Part shown: one piece after another, positions 1-9,638 of the stretch
Layout: each line of letters begins with the position of its first letter
Position numbering within the stretch: the first letter of the stretch is position 1
Assembly: GCA_002753335.1 (NCBI GenBank)
Contig: PEAD01000018.1
Span: 1-61,377, forward strand
Reading direction: 5' to 3'
DNA from: Nitrospirae bacterium MYbin3
GTDB taxonomy: Bacteria; Nitrospirota; Thermodesulfovibrionia; Thermodesulfovibrionales; Dissulfurispiraceae
Length of the DNA: 61,377 nt
Notes under the pieces: generated by a model
What the model was told of the DNA's origin: nothing
Seen by the model: only the letters and a program-made list of their open reading frames with translations
The model's database searches: none
Made by a program: the position numbers and the translations under genes

Positions 1-3000
1 AGAACTTTTTAATTAAGAAGTTTTGTATTGAAGCGTTGCCTCTAATGGATACATCCCCCCCAGCCAGTTTTGCGTTGGTCCTCTCTATATTTATTCTGTT
101 GTCATCAACATAAATATAAGAGTTTAAAGAGCTGAACCTATAAGGCAAACTTTTAAATCCCAGCGTGGCACCTGACACATCCATTCCGCCGTTAACCTTT
201 GGATTTTCCCAATCCCCTGATACAAAAAATACAAAAGAAGCAGAACCTTTTAAAACATCAATTTCTTTTGATAATGTCTTTAAGGGGCCAAGTGAAGAGT
301 CTCCTTCAAGCAAAAGCGAATACCCCTGTCCTATCGCTATATTACCCCCGACAGAAAAATCAGAGATGTCATTTTTCATATTGAACTTATCTATTCTAAT
401 ATCTTTATTTACAAGCCTAGCGATAATATCTTCATTGTTAGTAAACGCATTGCCATACAGATACAGATGGGCTTTATGTATGCGGATTAATGCCTCAGTA
501 TGCTCTTTGTCACCTGATGCCGAAACCTTACCGCTTAAGCTCAAAAGAAGGTCTTCAGGTATGTTTTTGAAAAGTCCCGAAATGAACAAATCATAGCGTG
601 CCGGTTCTAAATCAGCATCAAATGACCAACTTAAATTTTGATCCAGTCTTGCCTTGCCTTTAACAGCCATTTTGTCATCAAGCAGTTTGGCGTTGAATAT
701 AATATCCCGGCCTTTTAAAATGGCTGCAACAGACCCTTTTCCTATAGTCTGTCCCCTGTAAATACCTCCCGCAATATGTCCGTTAATTTCTATAAGTGGA
801 TTGTCGAGCGTGCCCTCACCTTCCACCTTAACATTGCGCAATGAAATCTCCTGAATCATCTCATTTTTGAGCCGCTCCTTGATATGCTCCTCTAGAATAT
901 CCATAGTTTCAATATTGCCAGAAGCCGACACTTTAAAATGCCTATCAGTAGAAATCATGCCTTGCCCAGCTACTTTAGAGCGTCCTTTTTTTAAAGAAAT
1001 TCTGTCCACCTTAAATTCTTTCCCATCGAATAAGCCTGAGCCTTCAACATCGCTAAAGCGGTGCTTACCTGACAGCATAAGGTTATCGGATTTAAAAGAA
1101 TACGAGGCTTTAGCACTAGCAGCCGGGCCGAATATGTCCATTTTTGTGTTAACAGTACCGGTAACTGGGTAGTTAGAACCGGCAAGCCCCAGAATATCCG
1201 CAATATCTATGCCGGACGCCGACAAAGAAATACTATATTCCGGATTTCTAAAATCAAACAGAGCCAAAGGCTTTTTGAATGCGATGCTGCCACTGGAATC
1301 GAGCGATTCTTTTGGTGAACGCATGCTCAAATTCTTTATCACAAGGCTGTTTTTGCTGTAACTTGCATCAAGCTTTATCGAATCGAAGTCATAACTCTTT
1401 TTTAAGGAGGTAATAGCTGAGTGCAGTGAGGAATTAATTATGGATGCATTTATATTTATAACAGGGTCGTCAAAGGTTCCGCTCAGGTTCCAGTGAGCCT
1501 TTGTCTTGCCTGACAAGGCCGTAAAATAAGGCGACGCAAGATGTTTGACGTTGTCAGACCATCCTTCTCCTTTAAATAATAGACTGTTATTTTGGAAATT
1601 AATGCTGCCGCTACCTGAAGCGCTTGAACCGAATGAAGATGCTGTCAAATTATCAAAATTTAGAGTGTCGCCAATGCTTTTGAAGTTTCCTGAGGCGTTT
1701 GTTATCTGACTTAATATATTGCCATGAATAGCCTTGCTTTTATACTGAAAATATCCATACGGTCTAAACAACGAACCGGAAGAGCCAATTTCACCAGAGA
1801 CCTTCCCGTCAGGAATTTTGGGATGCCACCCTATAAGGTTAAAAATGCCGTCACTGCTTACGTCTTTTACCTTAACCATGAGGCTGTATGAATCAACAGA
1901 AGGAAGAGTTATCATAACCTCTGCAACGCCAGAACCTCCGTATAGAGAAGCCTTGCCATTATTAAACATCATTCTGCCGTTTTTATATTTAACTCCGCAA
2001 CTTGCGCTGTCTATTTCAACACCAAATATGTTGCCTGCCTCGATCGAAGCATCAGCATCACCTGCCAGATTGTTAAGGTATCCATTCAATTTTCCATCGA
2101 CCTTCATATATCCGCTTAGTTTGGATTTGACTCCGATAAGCTCCATCAATGTTTCGAGGTGCATGCTTCCTTTTATTTTCATGTCTATCAGTGTTTTAGC
2201 AATAAGCGAGTTAAGATCTTCAAATTTCAATACACCTTTTGCTGATACATGACCACCTCCATGATTTTTAAGCCCAAACATATGCTTTACAGTTTCAACC
2301 AACAAGGAAATTTCGGTTCTTAACTCTCCGTTCAGGCGGTCAAGTCCCAAAAAACCTGTAGATGTAATTTTAGAGTCTGAGGAAAATATCTTTATGCTCT
2401 GTATGTTCATATTCATATCTGTTAATGAAAAGACAGTTTCGACCATAGAGTGGATTTCTACCTTTTCTTTGAAGCGGTAGCCAAGGTCTTTTGCAATCAC
2501 TCTAAACCTGTTCTCTTTTGCAAAAACAGCTTCGCCGCTGAGCTCTTCTACATTTAGAGAAAACTCTTCACCAGAAAGTTTTAATGAGCTGTCTTTGACA
2601 TCAACAGATTTTATAACTATGGTAAGAGGTATTGATGTTTCTGAATGAATGTAATTTTTCACATTCTTGACTATTACCTTGAGATAATATATATCGGAAC
2701 TGTATTCAGCATCTTTTATAACTATCCGATTTATTCTAAGCTCTTTCCGCAAAATACTAAAAAGGCTTATATGACTTTTAACTCTTTCTGCAGTAAAAAT
2801 TCGGTTGCCGTTGGCATCAAAAGATTTTACACCCTTCATTTCCACAGCAAAAGGGAAGAGATTTATAACTATGTTTTGAGCTATAAATTTATTCCCTGTG
2901 GCTGCTTCAAGCTCAGGGAGAATCCTCTTTTTCAAGGCATTAGAAATGTTTGGACCACGTGAAGCATAAATTACAAAACCAAAGCATAGTATAAGTATAG

Positions 3001-3025
3001 TTATGTAGAAGATGTTTTTTTTCAT
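1..3025 (-). CDS. TamB/AsmA-like translocation-assembly protein, N-terminal part (runs off window start)
   Basis: Not in the ORF track. Manual translation from ATG at 3025 gives MKKNIFYITILILCFGFVIYASRGPNISNALKKRILPELEAATG..., an N-terminal membrane anchor followed by beta-rich sequence. I did not check every codon to position 1. Confidence 0.7.
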   Translation of the reverse strand, partial: MKKNIFYITILILCFGFVIYASRGPNISNALKKRILPELEAATGNKFIAQNIVINLFPFAVEMKGVKSFDANGNRIFTAERVKSHISLFSILRKELRINRIVIKDAEYSSDIYYLKVIVKNVKNYIHSETSIPLTIVIKSVDVKDSSLKLSGEEFSLNVEELSGEAVFAKENRFRVIAKDLGYRFKEKVEIHSMVETVFSLTDMNMNIQSIKIFSSDSKITSTGFLGLDRLNGELRTEISLLVETVKHMFGLKNHGGGHVSAKGVLKFEDLNSLIAKTLIDMKIKGSMHLETLMELIGVKSKLSGYMKVDGKLNGYLNNLAGDADASIEAGNIFGVEIDSASCGVKYKNGRMMFNNGKASLYGGSGVAEVMITLPSVDSYSLMVKVKDVSSDGIFNLIGWHPKIPDGKVSGEIGSSGSLFRPYGYFQYKSKAIHGNILSQITNASGNFKSIGDTLNFDNLTASSFGSSASGSGSINFQNNSLLFKGEGWSDNVKHLASPYFTALSGKTKAHWNLSGTFDDPVININASIINSSLHSAITSLKKSYDFDSIKLDASYSKNSLVIKNLSMRSPKESLDSSGSIAFKKPLALFDFRNPEYSISLSASGIDIADILGLAGSNYPVTGTVNTKMDIFGPAASAKASYSFKSDNLMLSGKHRFSDVEGSGLFDGKEFKVDRISLKKGRSKVAGQGMISTDRHFKVSASGNIETMDILEEHIKERLKNEMIQEISLRNVKVEGEGTLDNPLIEINGHIAGGIYRGQTIGKGSVAAILKGRDIIFNAKLLDDKMAVKGKARLDQNLSWSFDADLEPARYDLFISGLFKNIPEDLLLSLSGKVSASGDKEHTEALIRIHKAHLYLYGNAFTNNEDIIARLVNKDIRIDKFNMKNDISDFSVGGNIAIGQGYSLLLEGDSSLGPLKTLSKEIDVLKGSASFVFFVSGDWENPKVNGGMDVSGATLGFKSLPYRFSSLNSYIYVDDNRINIERTNAKLAGGDVSIRGNASIQNFLIKKF

Positions 3026-3037
3026 ATATCGATAAAG

Positions 3038-3880
3038 CTAATCAGCAGGAAGAAAACATTTAAATACACTCCCCTTACCTTCCGAACTTTCAACCTGAAT
3101 TGTTCCGCCGTGAGCAGTTATTATTTTGTGCACCAAGGCAAGCCCAATACCTAAGCCTTTTTCTTTAGTGGTATAAAATGGCATAAATATTTTTGAAAGT
3201 TCGGTTTCGGGTATTCCCTTGCCGTTGTCACTAACAGTCATCATAACACCATTCCTCACCGGTTTTTCATCAACAAGCTCTATTTGTACATCCCCGCCCG
3301 ACTCAAGGCCGTTAAGTATTAAGTTTTTTATGGCCTGTTTAAGCAGAGTCTCATCGCCGCGAATATAAAAACTTTCTGATGCCACTATTCTTATGTTTTC
3401 GGCTCGGTCATTAATGTTTTCTACCAGTTCATGTACAAGTTTTGTTATGTCCAGAGAGATTTTTTCAAGAGAGTCTGACTTTGTAAATTTCAAAAGCTCT
3501 TCGATGACCTTATTCATTTCCTCTATCTCATTCAGGATGCCTTGTACCGCGCTTTTTTGAGACCCTTCAGGAACCTCTTTGAGTAAAATCCTTGCATAAC
3601 CGGCAATTACACCCATAGGGTTGCGAAGTTCATGCGCAATGCCAGCTGATACTTCACCGAGTGCTGCCAGCCGCTCTTTAACAGCAAGTTGTGTCTTTAA
3701 GGATTTAATCTCCTCTCCTAACACACCGAATGCACTCATAACAGTATTCATTTTGGGTGAGTCGTCAACATCTTTTTTTTCTTGGATAAGTCGAGGGATA
3801 TACATTGCAAAAACAACTAGCAGGATAATGAATACTCCTCCTGAAACAAGCATCAAAATCATCTCTGTTGTAAGTCTCAT
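3038..3880 (-). CDS. Sensor histidine kinase (HisKA + HATPase_c), single TM helix
   Basis: H-box AHELRNPM; N-box NLILNG; G-boxes DNGKGI, FYTTK, GLGIGL. Confidence 0.9.
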   Translation of the reverse strand: MRLTTEMILMLVSGGVFIILLVVFAMYIPRLIQEKKDVDDSPKMNTVMSAFGVLGEEIKSLKTQLAVKERLAALGEVSAGIAHELRNPMGVIAGYARILLKEVPEGSQKSAVQGILNEIEEMNKVIEELLKFTKSDSLEKISLDITKLVHELVENINDRAENIRIVASESFYIRGDETLLKQAIKNLILNGLESGGDVQIELVDEKPVRNGVMMTVSDNGKGIPETELSKIFMPFYTTKEKGLGIGLALVHKIITAHGGTIQVESSEGKGSVFKCFLPAD

Positions 3881-4677
3881 TTATTGCCGTCGATTAACTG
3901 AATGAGCTTTTCTGAAGGCATATAGCCTGTTACAACAGTGCCGTCAGATAATACAAGTGTTGGGGTAGAATTTATTCCGAATGATTCTGCAAGACTAATA
4001 TTTTCATCAATCTCTTTTGTTGGGCAATCTTTCTTCTCGATATTTTTTTTGTCATACACATCCTCCAGCAACTTCAGCGACCCGGAGCACATTATACTTT
4101 TTGATTTCCAATAGGCATCCCGGTGCATCTTAAGCGGAAAGAGTTTAAGATAAAAAACAATATCGCTTCTTTGGTTGACAATTTTTTTTAGTTCTTTGTG
4201 AAGACTTCCACAAAAAGGGCAATCGGGATCAGTAAAAACTGCAACCTTCTTTGCTGCTCTAGGCTTCCCTAAAATCAAAGCATTCCCCGCAAATATTTTT
4301 TGTGCATCTACCCGTCTGTCCAACGGCTTCTCAATATTAGTTTTACTGTTTGCAGAATCAAGCTCGATAAAGCTTAAGGGCCCGGGTATAAGATGCTTTT
4401 TTGAAAAATCTATATAGATTAGGCCTCTTAGCCCTTTTTCTTCTATACTCACTTCCCAAAGGCTTTTTACTCTGCTGAGTTTTACGTCAATAACCCTTAT
4501 GCTGCTCTGCGAAGATGTGACTTTTTTTATAAGCTTGTCAACTTCCTGAACCGTGAGAGAATGGCATTGGGCACAGTCGCTCGAACAGCCTGATTCTCCA
4601 AAGGATAGACCGTCAGAAACGCCCAGCTTGAATATTATTGCCAGAACAATAGAGAGACAGATTATGATTAGACGCAT
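3877..4677 (-). CDS. DsbC-family thiol:disulfide isomerase with N-terminal CxxCH motif
   Basis: FTDPDCPFC active site, GINSTPTL cis-Pro motif, signal peptide, CAQCH. Start moved to ATG 4677 (track gives 4704). Confidence 0.85.
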   Translation of the reverse strand: MRLIIICLSIVLAIIFKLGVSDGLSFGESGCSSDCAQCHSLTVQEVDKLIKKVTSSQSSIRVIDVKLSRVKSLWEVSIEEKGLRGLIYIDFSKKHLIPGPLSFIELDSANSKTNIEKPLDRRVDAQKIFAGNALILGKPRAAKKVAVFTDPDCPFCGSLHKELKKIVNQRSDIVFYLKLFPLKMHRDAYWKSKSIMCSGSLKLLEDVYDKKNIEKKDCPTKEIDENISLAESFGINSTPTLVLSDGTVVTGYMPSEKLIQLIDGNK

Positions 4678-4703
4678 GTATATTATAGTATAAAAAATAT
4701 TCA

Positions 4704-4732
4704 TTGAATTTCAAGGCAATTTCTGTTATAAT
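4704..4732 (+). promoter_or_regulatory. sigma70 promoter of scpB (probably leaderless)
   Basis: TTGAAT-17 nt-TATAAT with extended TG; ATG 8 nt after the -10; no Shine-Dalgarno. Confidence 0.65.
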
Positions 4733-4740
4733 TTCACCCA

Positions 4741-5271
4741 ATGGAAAATGTTTCCCCCAAAGCTGTTATTGAGGTTCTTTTGTTTATAGCCGGAGAGCCT
4801 GTTAGCGCATCAAGCCTTTCAAAAGCAACCGGGTTGAGCGAAATTGATGTTAGACAGACGGTGTCGCAGTTGGCTTCTGAGTATAAAGATAGAGATGCCG
4901 GAATTCTGATTGCCGAAATTGCTGATGGTTATCAAATGCTCACTACTCCAGAAATGTCTCTCTTTATAAAGAAATTCAAAAACATTAACCAGTCCAGCAA
5001 ACTTTCACAGCCAGCACTTGAAACCTTGGCGATTATTGCGTACAAGCAGCCTATAACTAAAGTAGAACTGGATCAGTTAAGAGGATTGAATTCTGACGGA
5101 GCAGTAAAGAGCTTGATGGACAAGCATCTCATAAAAATTATAGGAAAAAAAGAGACTCCGGGAAGACCTTTTCTGTACGGAACAACTAAAGAGTTTCTTC
5201 AGTATTTTGGACTTAAAAATCTTAGCGATCTTCCGCCAATAAACGATTTTCTTAAGGAAGAGGCTGCATAA
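4741..5271 (+). CDS. scpB: SMC-Scp complex subunit ScpB
   Basis: ALETLAIIAYKQPITK and PGRPFLYGTTKEFLQYFGL motifs. Confidence 0.95.
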   Translation: MENVSPKAVIEVLLFIAGEPVSASSLSKATGLSEIDVRQTVSQLASEYKDRDAGILIAEIADGYQMLTTPEMSLFIKKFKNINQSSKLSQPALETLAIIAYKQPITKVELDQLRGLNSDGAVKSLMDKHLIKIIGKKETPGRPFLYGTTKEFLQYFGLKNLSDLPPINDFLKEEAA

Positions 5272-5291
5272 GATTTATGTTAGGAGGACAA

Positions 5292-6443
5292 ATGAGAAAA
5301 TATTTATTTTTGTTTTTTGCTGTTGTATTGTTTTCTAATTCATCTTATGCAGAGCAAACTTATACTGTTAAAAAAGGTGATACCTTAGATAAAATTGCGA
5401 AAAAGCATTCCTTGTCCGTAAAAGCAGTAATGAATGCAAACGATATGCGGTCTGCCAAGCTCCACATTGGAATGAAAATCACTATTCCATCAAACAAACC
5501 AGAAGCAAAAAAACATCTAAGCTCAAACAAACAGGCTGAAGCCTACTCAGAAAAAGCTTCAACAAAGAAGACATCAAACTCTTCAGGTGAGGATCGTATT
5601 CACTTGGTAAAAAAAGGTGATACGCTCCAAAGTGTAGCACGCAAATATGCGGTTCAGGTTAGTGATATTAAAAAAATGAATGGGATTAAATCAGGCAAAA
5701 TCAAAGCAGGCACCATGCTGATTGTAAAAAAAGGTGACCCCAAACAATACACCGTAAAAAAAGGCGACAATATATGGAGAATAGCTAAAAAATTCAATAA
5801 GGATATTGACGAACTAAAAGATATAAACGGAATGACCGACAATTCTCTAAAGACAGGACAGATTATAAAGCTTGAGAAAATCAAAGAAGATCAAAATGAT
5901 GATCTTGCAAACATCCAAGAGGACCTAAAACCTATACTTGAGGCTTATTCATCAAAGGTAAAACCTAATGACCGTATTTTAGAAGTAAAAGAAATATCAA
6001 AATCAGACGACCTATTGAGCGTAGGGATTTCTGACCGCCTAATTTTATTTGCAAAAAAAATGCTTAATCTGCCTTATAAGTTTGGAGGCAACGGATCAAT
6101 AGGACTTGATTGTTCATCCTATGTTCAGAAGGTTTTCGAAATAGCAGGAGTAACTTTACCTAGGAGTGCCAGGCAACAGTTCACTTTTGGCGAGCCTGTA
6201 GAAAAAGAGCAACTCAGCAAGGGAGACCTTGTTTTCTTTAAGACCTATGCATCTTTTCCTTCTCATGTTGGGATTTACTTAGGCAACAACCTATTTATTC
6301 ATGCCTCTACAAAGTCAAAAAGAGTGACCATCGACAGTCTTGAAGCTCCTTATTATGTTAAACGGTATATAGGTGCAAAACGACTGTTGGAAGAAGAAAA
6401 AGCAAATCTTTTTGATTTATCTGTGACAGAAAAAGAACTTTAG
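5292..6443 (+). CDS. LysM x3 + NlpC/P60 peptidoglycan endopeptidase
   Basis: Three VKKGD LysM repeats; PYKFGG...DCSS...HVGIY NlpC/P60 core; AGGAGG RBS before ATG 5292. Confidence 0.92.
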   Translation: MRKYLFLFFAVVLFSNSSYAEQTYTVKKGDTLDKIAKKHSLSVKAVMNANDMRSAKLHIGMKITIPSNKPEAKKHLSSNKQAEAYSEKASTKKTSNSSGEDRIHLVKKGDTLQSVARKYAVQVSDIKKMNGIKSGKIKAGTMLIVKKGDPKQYTVKKGDNIWRIAKKFNKDIDELKDINGMTDNSLKTGQIIKLEKIKEDQNDDLANIQEDLKPILEAYSSKVKPNDRILEVKEISKSDDLLSVGISDRLILFAKKMLNLPYKFGGNGSIGLDCSSYVQKVFEIAGVTLPRSARQQFTFGEPVEKEQLSKGDLVFFKTYASFPSHVGIYLGNNLFIHASTKSKRVTIDSLEAPYYVKRYIGAKRLLEEEKANLFDLSVTEKEL

Positions 6444-6468
6444 TTTTTTTTGTTATGAAAAGAATTAA

Positions 6469-6861
6469 TTAAGATGAGGCTATTGCTTGTTCAGCAGGAT
6501 GCACTAGGTTAGCCGCTTCTTTTATACCTACCAAAACATCTTCTATCTGAAACGGTTTGCTTATGCATCTACTAACGCCATACTGCAGTATTGAATCAAG
6601 TACATTCATGCTGAAGTGCGAAGATATTACAACAACAGGGATGTTCATTCCCATTTCCCTTACTTTTTTGATAAGCTCAACACCATTCATATCAGGCATA
6701 TTGAGGTCTGTAATCAATGCATCATACTGCTTTTCTTTGATTTTATCTAAAGCCTCAAGCCCTGAGTAAGCACAACATACAGAGTAGCCTAGCTTCTTTT
6801 CAAAGCTTCTTTTTAAGGCCCAACAGATAAGTTTTTCATCATCTACGGCTAATATTCTCAT
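6469..6861 (-). CDS. Single-domain response regulator (receiver)
   Basis: MRILAVDDE, ITDLNMPDMNG, KPF. Start taken at 6861 because a sigma54 promoter lies in the track's 5' extension. Confidence 0.88.
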   Translation of the reverse strand: MRILAVDDEKLICWALKRSFEKKLGYSVCCAYSGLEALDKIKEKQYDALITDLNMPDMNGVELIKKVREMGMNIPVVVISSHFSMNVLDSILQYGVSRCISKPFQIEDVLVGIKEAANLVHPAEQAIASS

Positions 6862-6872
6862 ACAGAAATTAA

Positions 6873-6890
6873 ATGCAATAAGTGTTCCAG
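6873..6890 (-). promoter_or_regulatory. Putative sigma54 (-24/-12) promoter
   Basis: Minus strand CTGGAACACTTATTGCAT = GG-N10-GC. Confidence 0.65.
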
Positions 6891-7015
6891 AAATATCCAT
6901 GATTGGCAATATATTGTTTTATAAGGATAATATGTTCTAAATCTAATGCTGTTAGTAAAAAGATTACTAATATAAGTGCGGGATTTTGCTCAATTGTCGT
7001 GAAATGCCTAAAAAA

Positions 7016-7339
7016 CTACATCTTTTTATGGCATCTAGAACAACTTTCGGCAGTATTTGATGCAAAAGCCTTCTTTCCATTATGGCATGCTCCACAATGC
7101 TTGCCGGCTATTATCTCGACCATTTTCATTTTTCTGTAGTCCTTTTTCATCATAAAAATATTCGGATGACAGTCACTGCACCGCAGGCCCTTTTCGGCAT
7201 GTATCCTGCCATCAAAAACAACCGTACTTATTCCTGTCTTCCACTCAAGTATTCTGCCGAGCGGCACGGCAAAAGAAATTTCACAAAAAGCAACAATTAA
7301 AATAAATATTGCCGGAATTATATAAATTGGGCCTCTCAA
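7016..7339 (-). CDS. Periplasmic triheme c7-like cytochrome
   Basis: Signal peptide; CSDCH, CGACHNGKKAF, CSRCH. Confidence 0.88.
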   Translation of the reverse strand: MRGPIYIIPAIFILIVAFCEISFAVPLGRILEWKTGISTVVFDGRIHAEKGLRCSDCHPNIFMMKKDYRKMKMVEIIAGKHCGACHNGKKAFASNTAESCSRCHKKM

Positions 7340-7390
7340 CTTTGCCTCCTAGAAAAAATTTTAATATATTAGCATAATCAGAAAAGATTT

Positions 7391-9256
7391 TTATCGCTTA
7401 ACTTCTTTCTTTTTGTATTTTTCTACTTTTAAGAAATCTTTATTTTTTTCGGCATATGCTGATATATCGTCTATAAAGCTTTGCTTTAGTCCATACTTGT
7501 CTGCACGTGATAAGTTCGTCTCCAATATATCTATTGCCGAGTTGTATTGTTCTGTCTTGGCCAAAACGCTTGCAATCTCCCATAAACAGACAATCTCCCC
7601 ACCCTCATTATCAAGCTCTCTAAATATATTAAGAGAGCTTTTAAGGTTTAGTTCGGACTTTTTATAATCGCCCAATAATCTCAGGACTTTTCCTGAATTC
7701 ATGAATGCTTGAGCACTGAGATGGCGCATACTACCTGATTCCAAGCTCTTATTCAAAGAAAACTCGTAATATTGGAGAGCATCTCTGTATGAGCCCTTAT
7801 CCGTAAGCACATTACCTATATTCTGCATAGCAACAACTTCGCCCTCTATGTTTCCTGCAGCCCTAACGATCTCAAGGTTCTTATTGTAATAATATAGTGC
7901 CTTGTCATATTCTTTCTTCTGCCTAAATATATTTCCGGTCAGGTTATGGACCATTCCAAGCCTTATATTGTCGTTGCCGCTCTCCGCAAACTCCCTTGCT
8001 TTAATAGCATGGTCAGTCGCAGAATCAAAGTCATCCATGTTCAAGAGAGCCATAGAAAGATAATATTCGCCTCCAAAAATACCTCTCTTGTACGAAAAAC
8101 GTTTCGTAGTCTCAAGAACCTGCAATGCAGTTTTTCCCATTCTCTTGTAATCGCCTTTTTCATAATATCCCCAAGCCTCATCAAGCAATCTGTCAATATC
8201 AGATATATTCTTATAGCCTTTAACCTGCTTATTTTTCAGAATGTTAATAATATCATCTTCAAGTTTAAAATCAGGGTTAACCATCAACGCATACTCAAGT
8301 TTTGACATGGCATCGTCATTCTTGCCTAAGAACAGAAATAGATCACCTATCTGCATTGAAATTAAGGCTTTTATGTACTCAGGCACAGCTGAGTTTAGAA
8401 AAATTTCTTTGTCAGCCTTGGCCAAAACTGAGTTTAACACGATATTTGCCGTATTATTGTCTCCTGTGATAAAAAATATTTTGCTTTTCTCTAATGCAGC
8501 GAGAGTTTCTATCTGTAAATTGCCTGTACCTATACTTAAAGATATTGCTTGGTCAAGATGCTTTATAGCCTCTTGGGATTTTTGTGTTTTTGAAAGACAG
8601 TCAGCAATGTTGTAATGAAGTTTTGCTTCCATTTCATTGTTTTTTTTGGCTGCAGCAATATTAATAGCTTTACCATAAGTTGTAATCACTTCATCACATT
8701 TGCCTTCACTGTAAAGCCGGCCGGCCTGATCCAGCAGCATTTCTATGCTTTTACCCTCATCCACCGGCTTATAAGAAACTGAAACAACCTCATTTTTATC
8801 CCCATATTGGGGCTTGTAATCATCAATAACATCAACAACCTTGTCAGCCAGCCACCATGTTTTTCCTGATGAGGTTCTAATTTTATACCATTTTCTCCCG
8901 CTAGCTTCATTTTTAATATCAATAACTTCATAGGAATAACCTTTTGAGGCCCATGAATTATTCTCTGAGTTAAATGATGGTGATGATCTCAAAGTTGCAA
9001 AATCAGTATTGATTCTTACACCTTTGACCTTTTTTGTTTGCTTATCTGAAGACACAGTTTGTTCTGTAGCTTCAGGTTTGGGAATAACTTTGGGAATTGC
9101 ATTATTGTTTCTGCCTTGAGTAAGCTTCTCTCCTGCATCAAGCAGTTCATCCAGAAACTTATCTTCTTTTCCATTGTTCTCTAAACCAAAAGAGATAGAA
9201 GCATAAAACAAAACCGATATGATTATTGCAGATTTTTTTTTGAATATTATATTCAT
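7391..9256 (-). CDS. Exported SH3-like + tetratricopeptide repeat protein
   Basis: Signal peptide; ATLRSSPS...WYKI...WWL SH3b-like segment; multiple TPRs (NLTGNIFRQKKEYDKALYYY). Confidence 0.8.
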   Translation of the reverse strand: MNIIFKKKSAIIISVLFYASISFGLENNGKEDKFLDELLDAGEKLTQGRNNNAIPKVIPKPEATEQTVSSDKQTKKVKGVRINTDFATLRSSPSFNSENNSWASKGYSYEVIDIKNEASGRKWYKIRTSSGKTWWLADKVVDVIDDYKPQYGDKNEVVSVSYKPVDEGKSIEMLLDQAGRLYSEGKCDEVITTYGKAINIAAAKKNNEMEAKLHYNIADCLSKTQKSQEAIKHLDQAISLSIGTGNLQIETLAALEKSKIFFITGDNNTANIVLNSVLAKADKEIFLNSAVPEYIKALISMQIGDLFLFLGKNDDAMSKLEYALMVNPDFKLEDDIINILKNKQVKGYKNISDIDRLLDEAWGYYEKGDYKRMGKTALQVLETTKRFSYKRGIFGGEYYLSMALLNMDDFDSATDHAIKAREFAESGNDNIRLGMVHNLTGNIFRQKKEYDKALYYYNKNLEIVRAAGNIEGEVVAMQNIGNVLTDKGSYRDALQYYEFSLNKSLESGSMRHLSAQAFMNSGKVLRLLGDYKKSELNLKSSLNIFRELDNEGGEIVCLWEIASVLAKTEQYNSAIDILETNLSRADKYGLKQSFIDDISAYAEKNKDFLKVEKYKKKEVKR

Positions 9257-9258
9257 GC

Positions 9259-9633
9259 CTAAACCACTCTTGCCAACTCATTCCCTATTCTTAAAGCCGC
9301 AAACCCGACTAGAACGCTTAAAACAACATTCCATAAAGCAACCGACCACTCGCCATTACTTAGAAGCGAGCCGGTTTCATACTCAAATGTTGAAAAGGTT
9401 GTGTAGGCGCCAAGAAATCCGACCACTAAAAAAAGACGCCATTGAGGATTCATGATAAATTTACCCATAAACAAAGGCATCAAAAGTCCTATCAAAAAGC
9501 TTCCGCTTATATTTATAAAAAAAGTTCCCATAGGGAAACTCTTTCCCCACCGATGATCTATCCATAAGCCTATAGCATATCTGGCAATAGCTCCAGCAAA
9601 TCCACCTATCCCCACAATAAAGAAATTTATCAT
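9259..9633 (-). CDS. crcB: Fluoride efflux channel Fluc/CrcB
   Basis: GGFAGAIARY, PMGTFFIN, GFLGAYTTFSTF. Confidence 0.95.
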   Translation of the reverse strand: MINFFIVGIGGFAGAIARYAIGLWIDHRWGKSFPMGTFFINISGSFLIGLLMPLFMGKFIMNPQWRLFLVVGFLGAYTTFSTFEYETGSLLSNGEWSVALWNVVLSVLVGFAALRIGNELARVV

Positions 9634-9638
9634 TTACG

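Noticed and set aside
165..2962. Several short ORF-track calls in the first 3 kb
   Set aside because: They are shadows of the long minus-strand TamB-like gene, which the track missed because its stop lies outside the window
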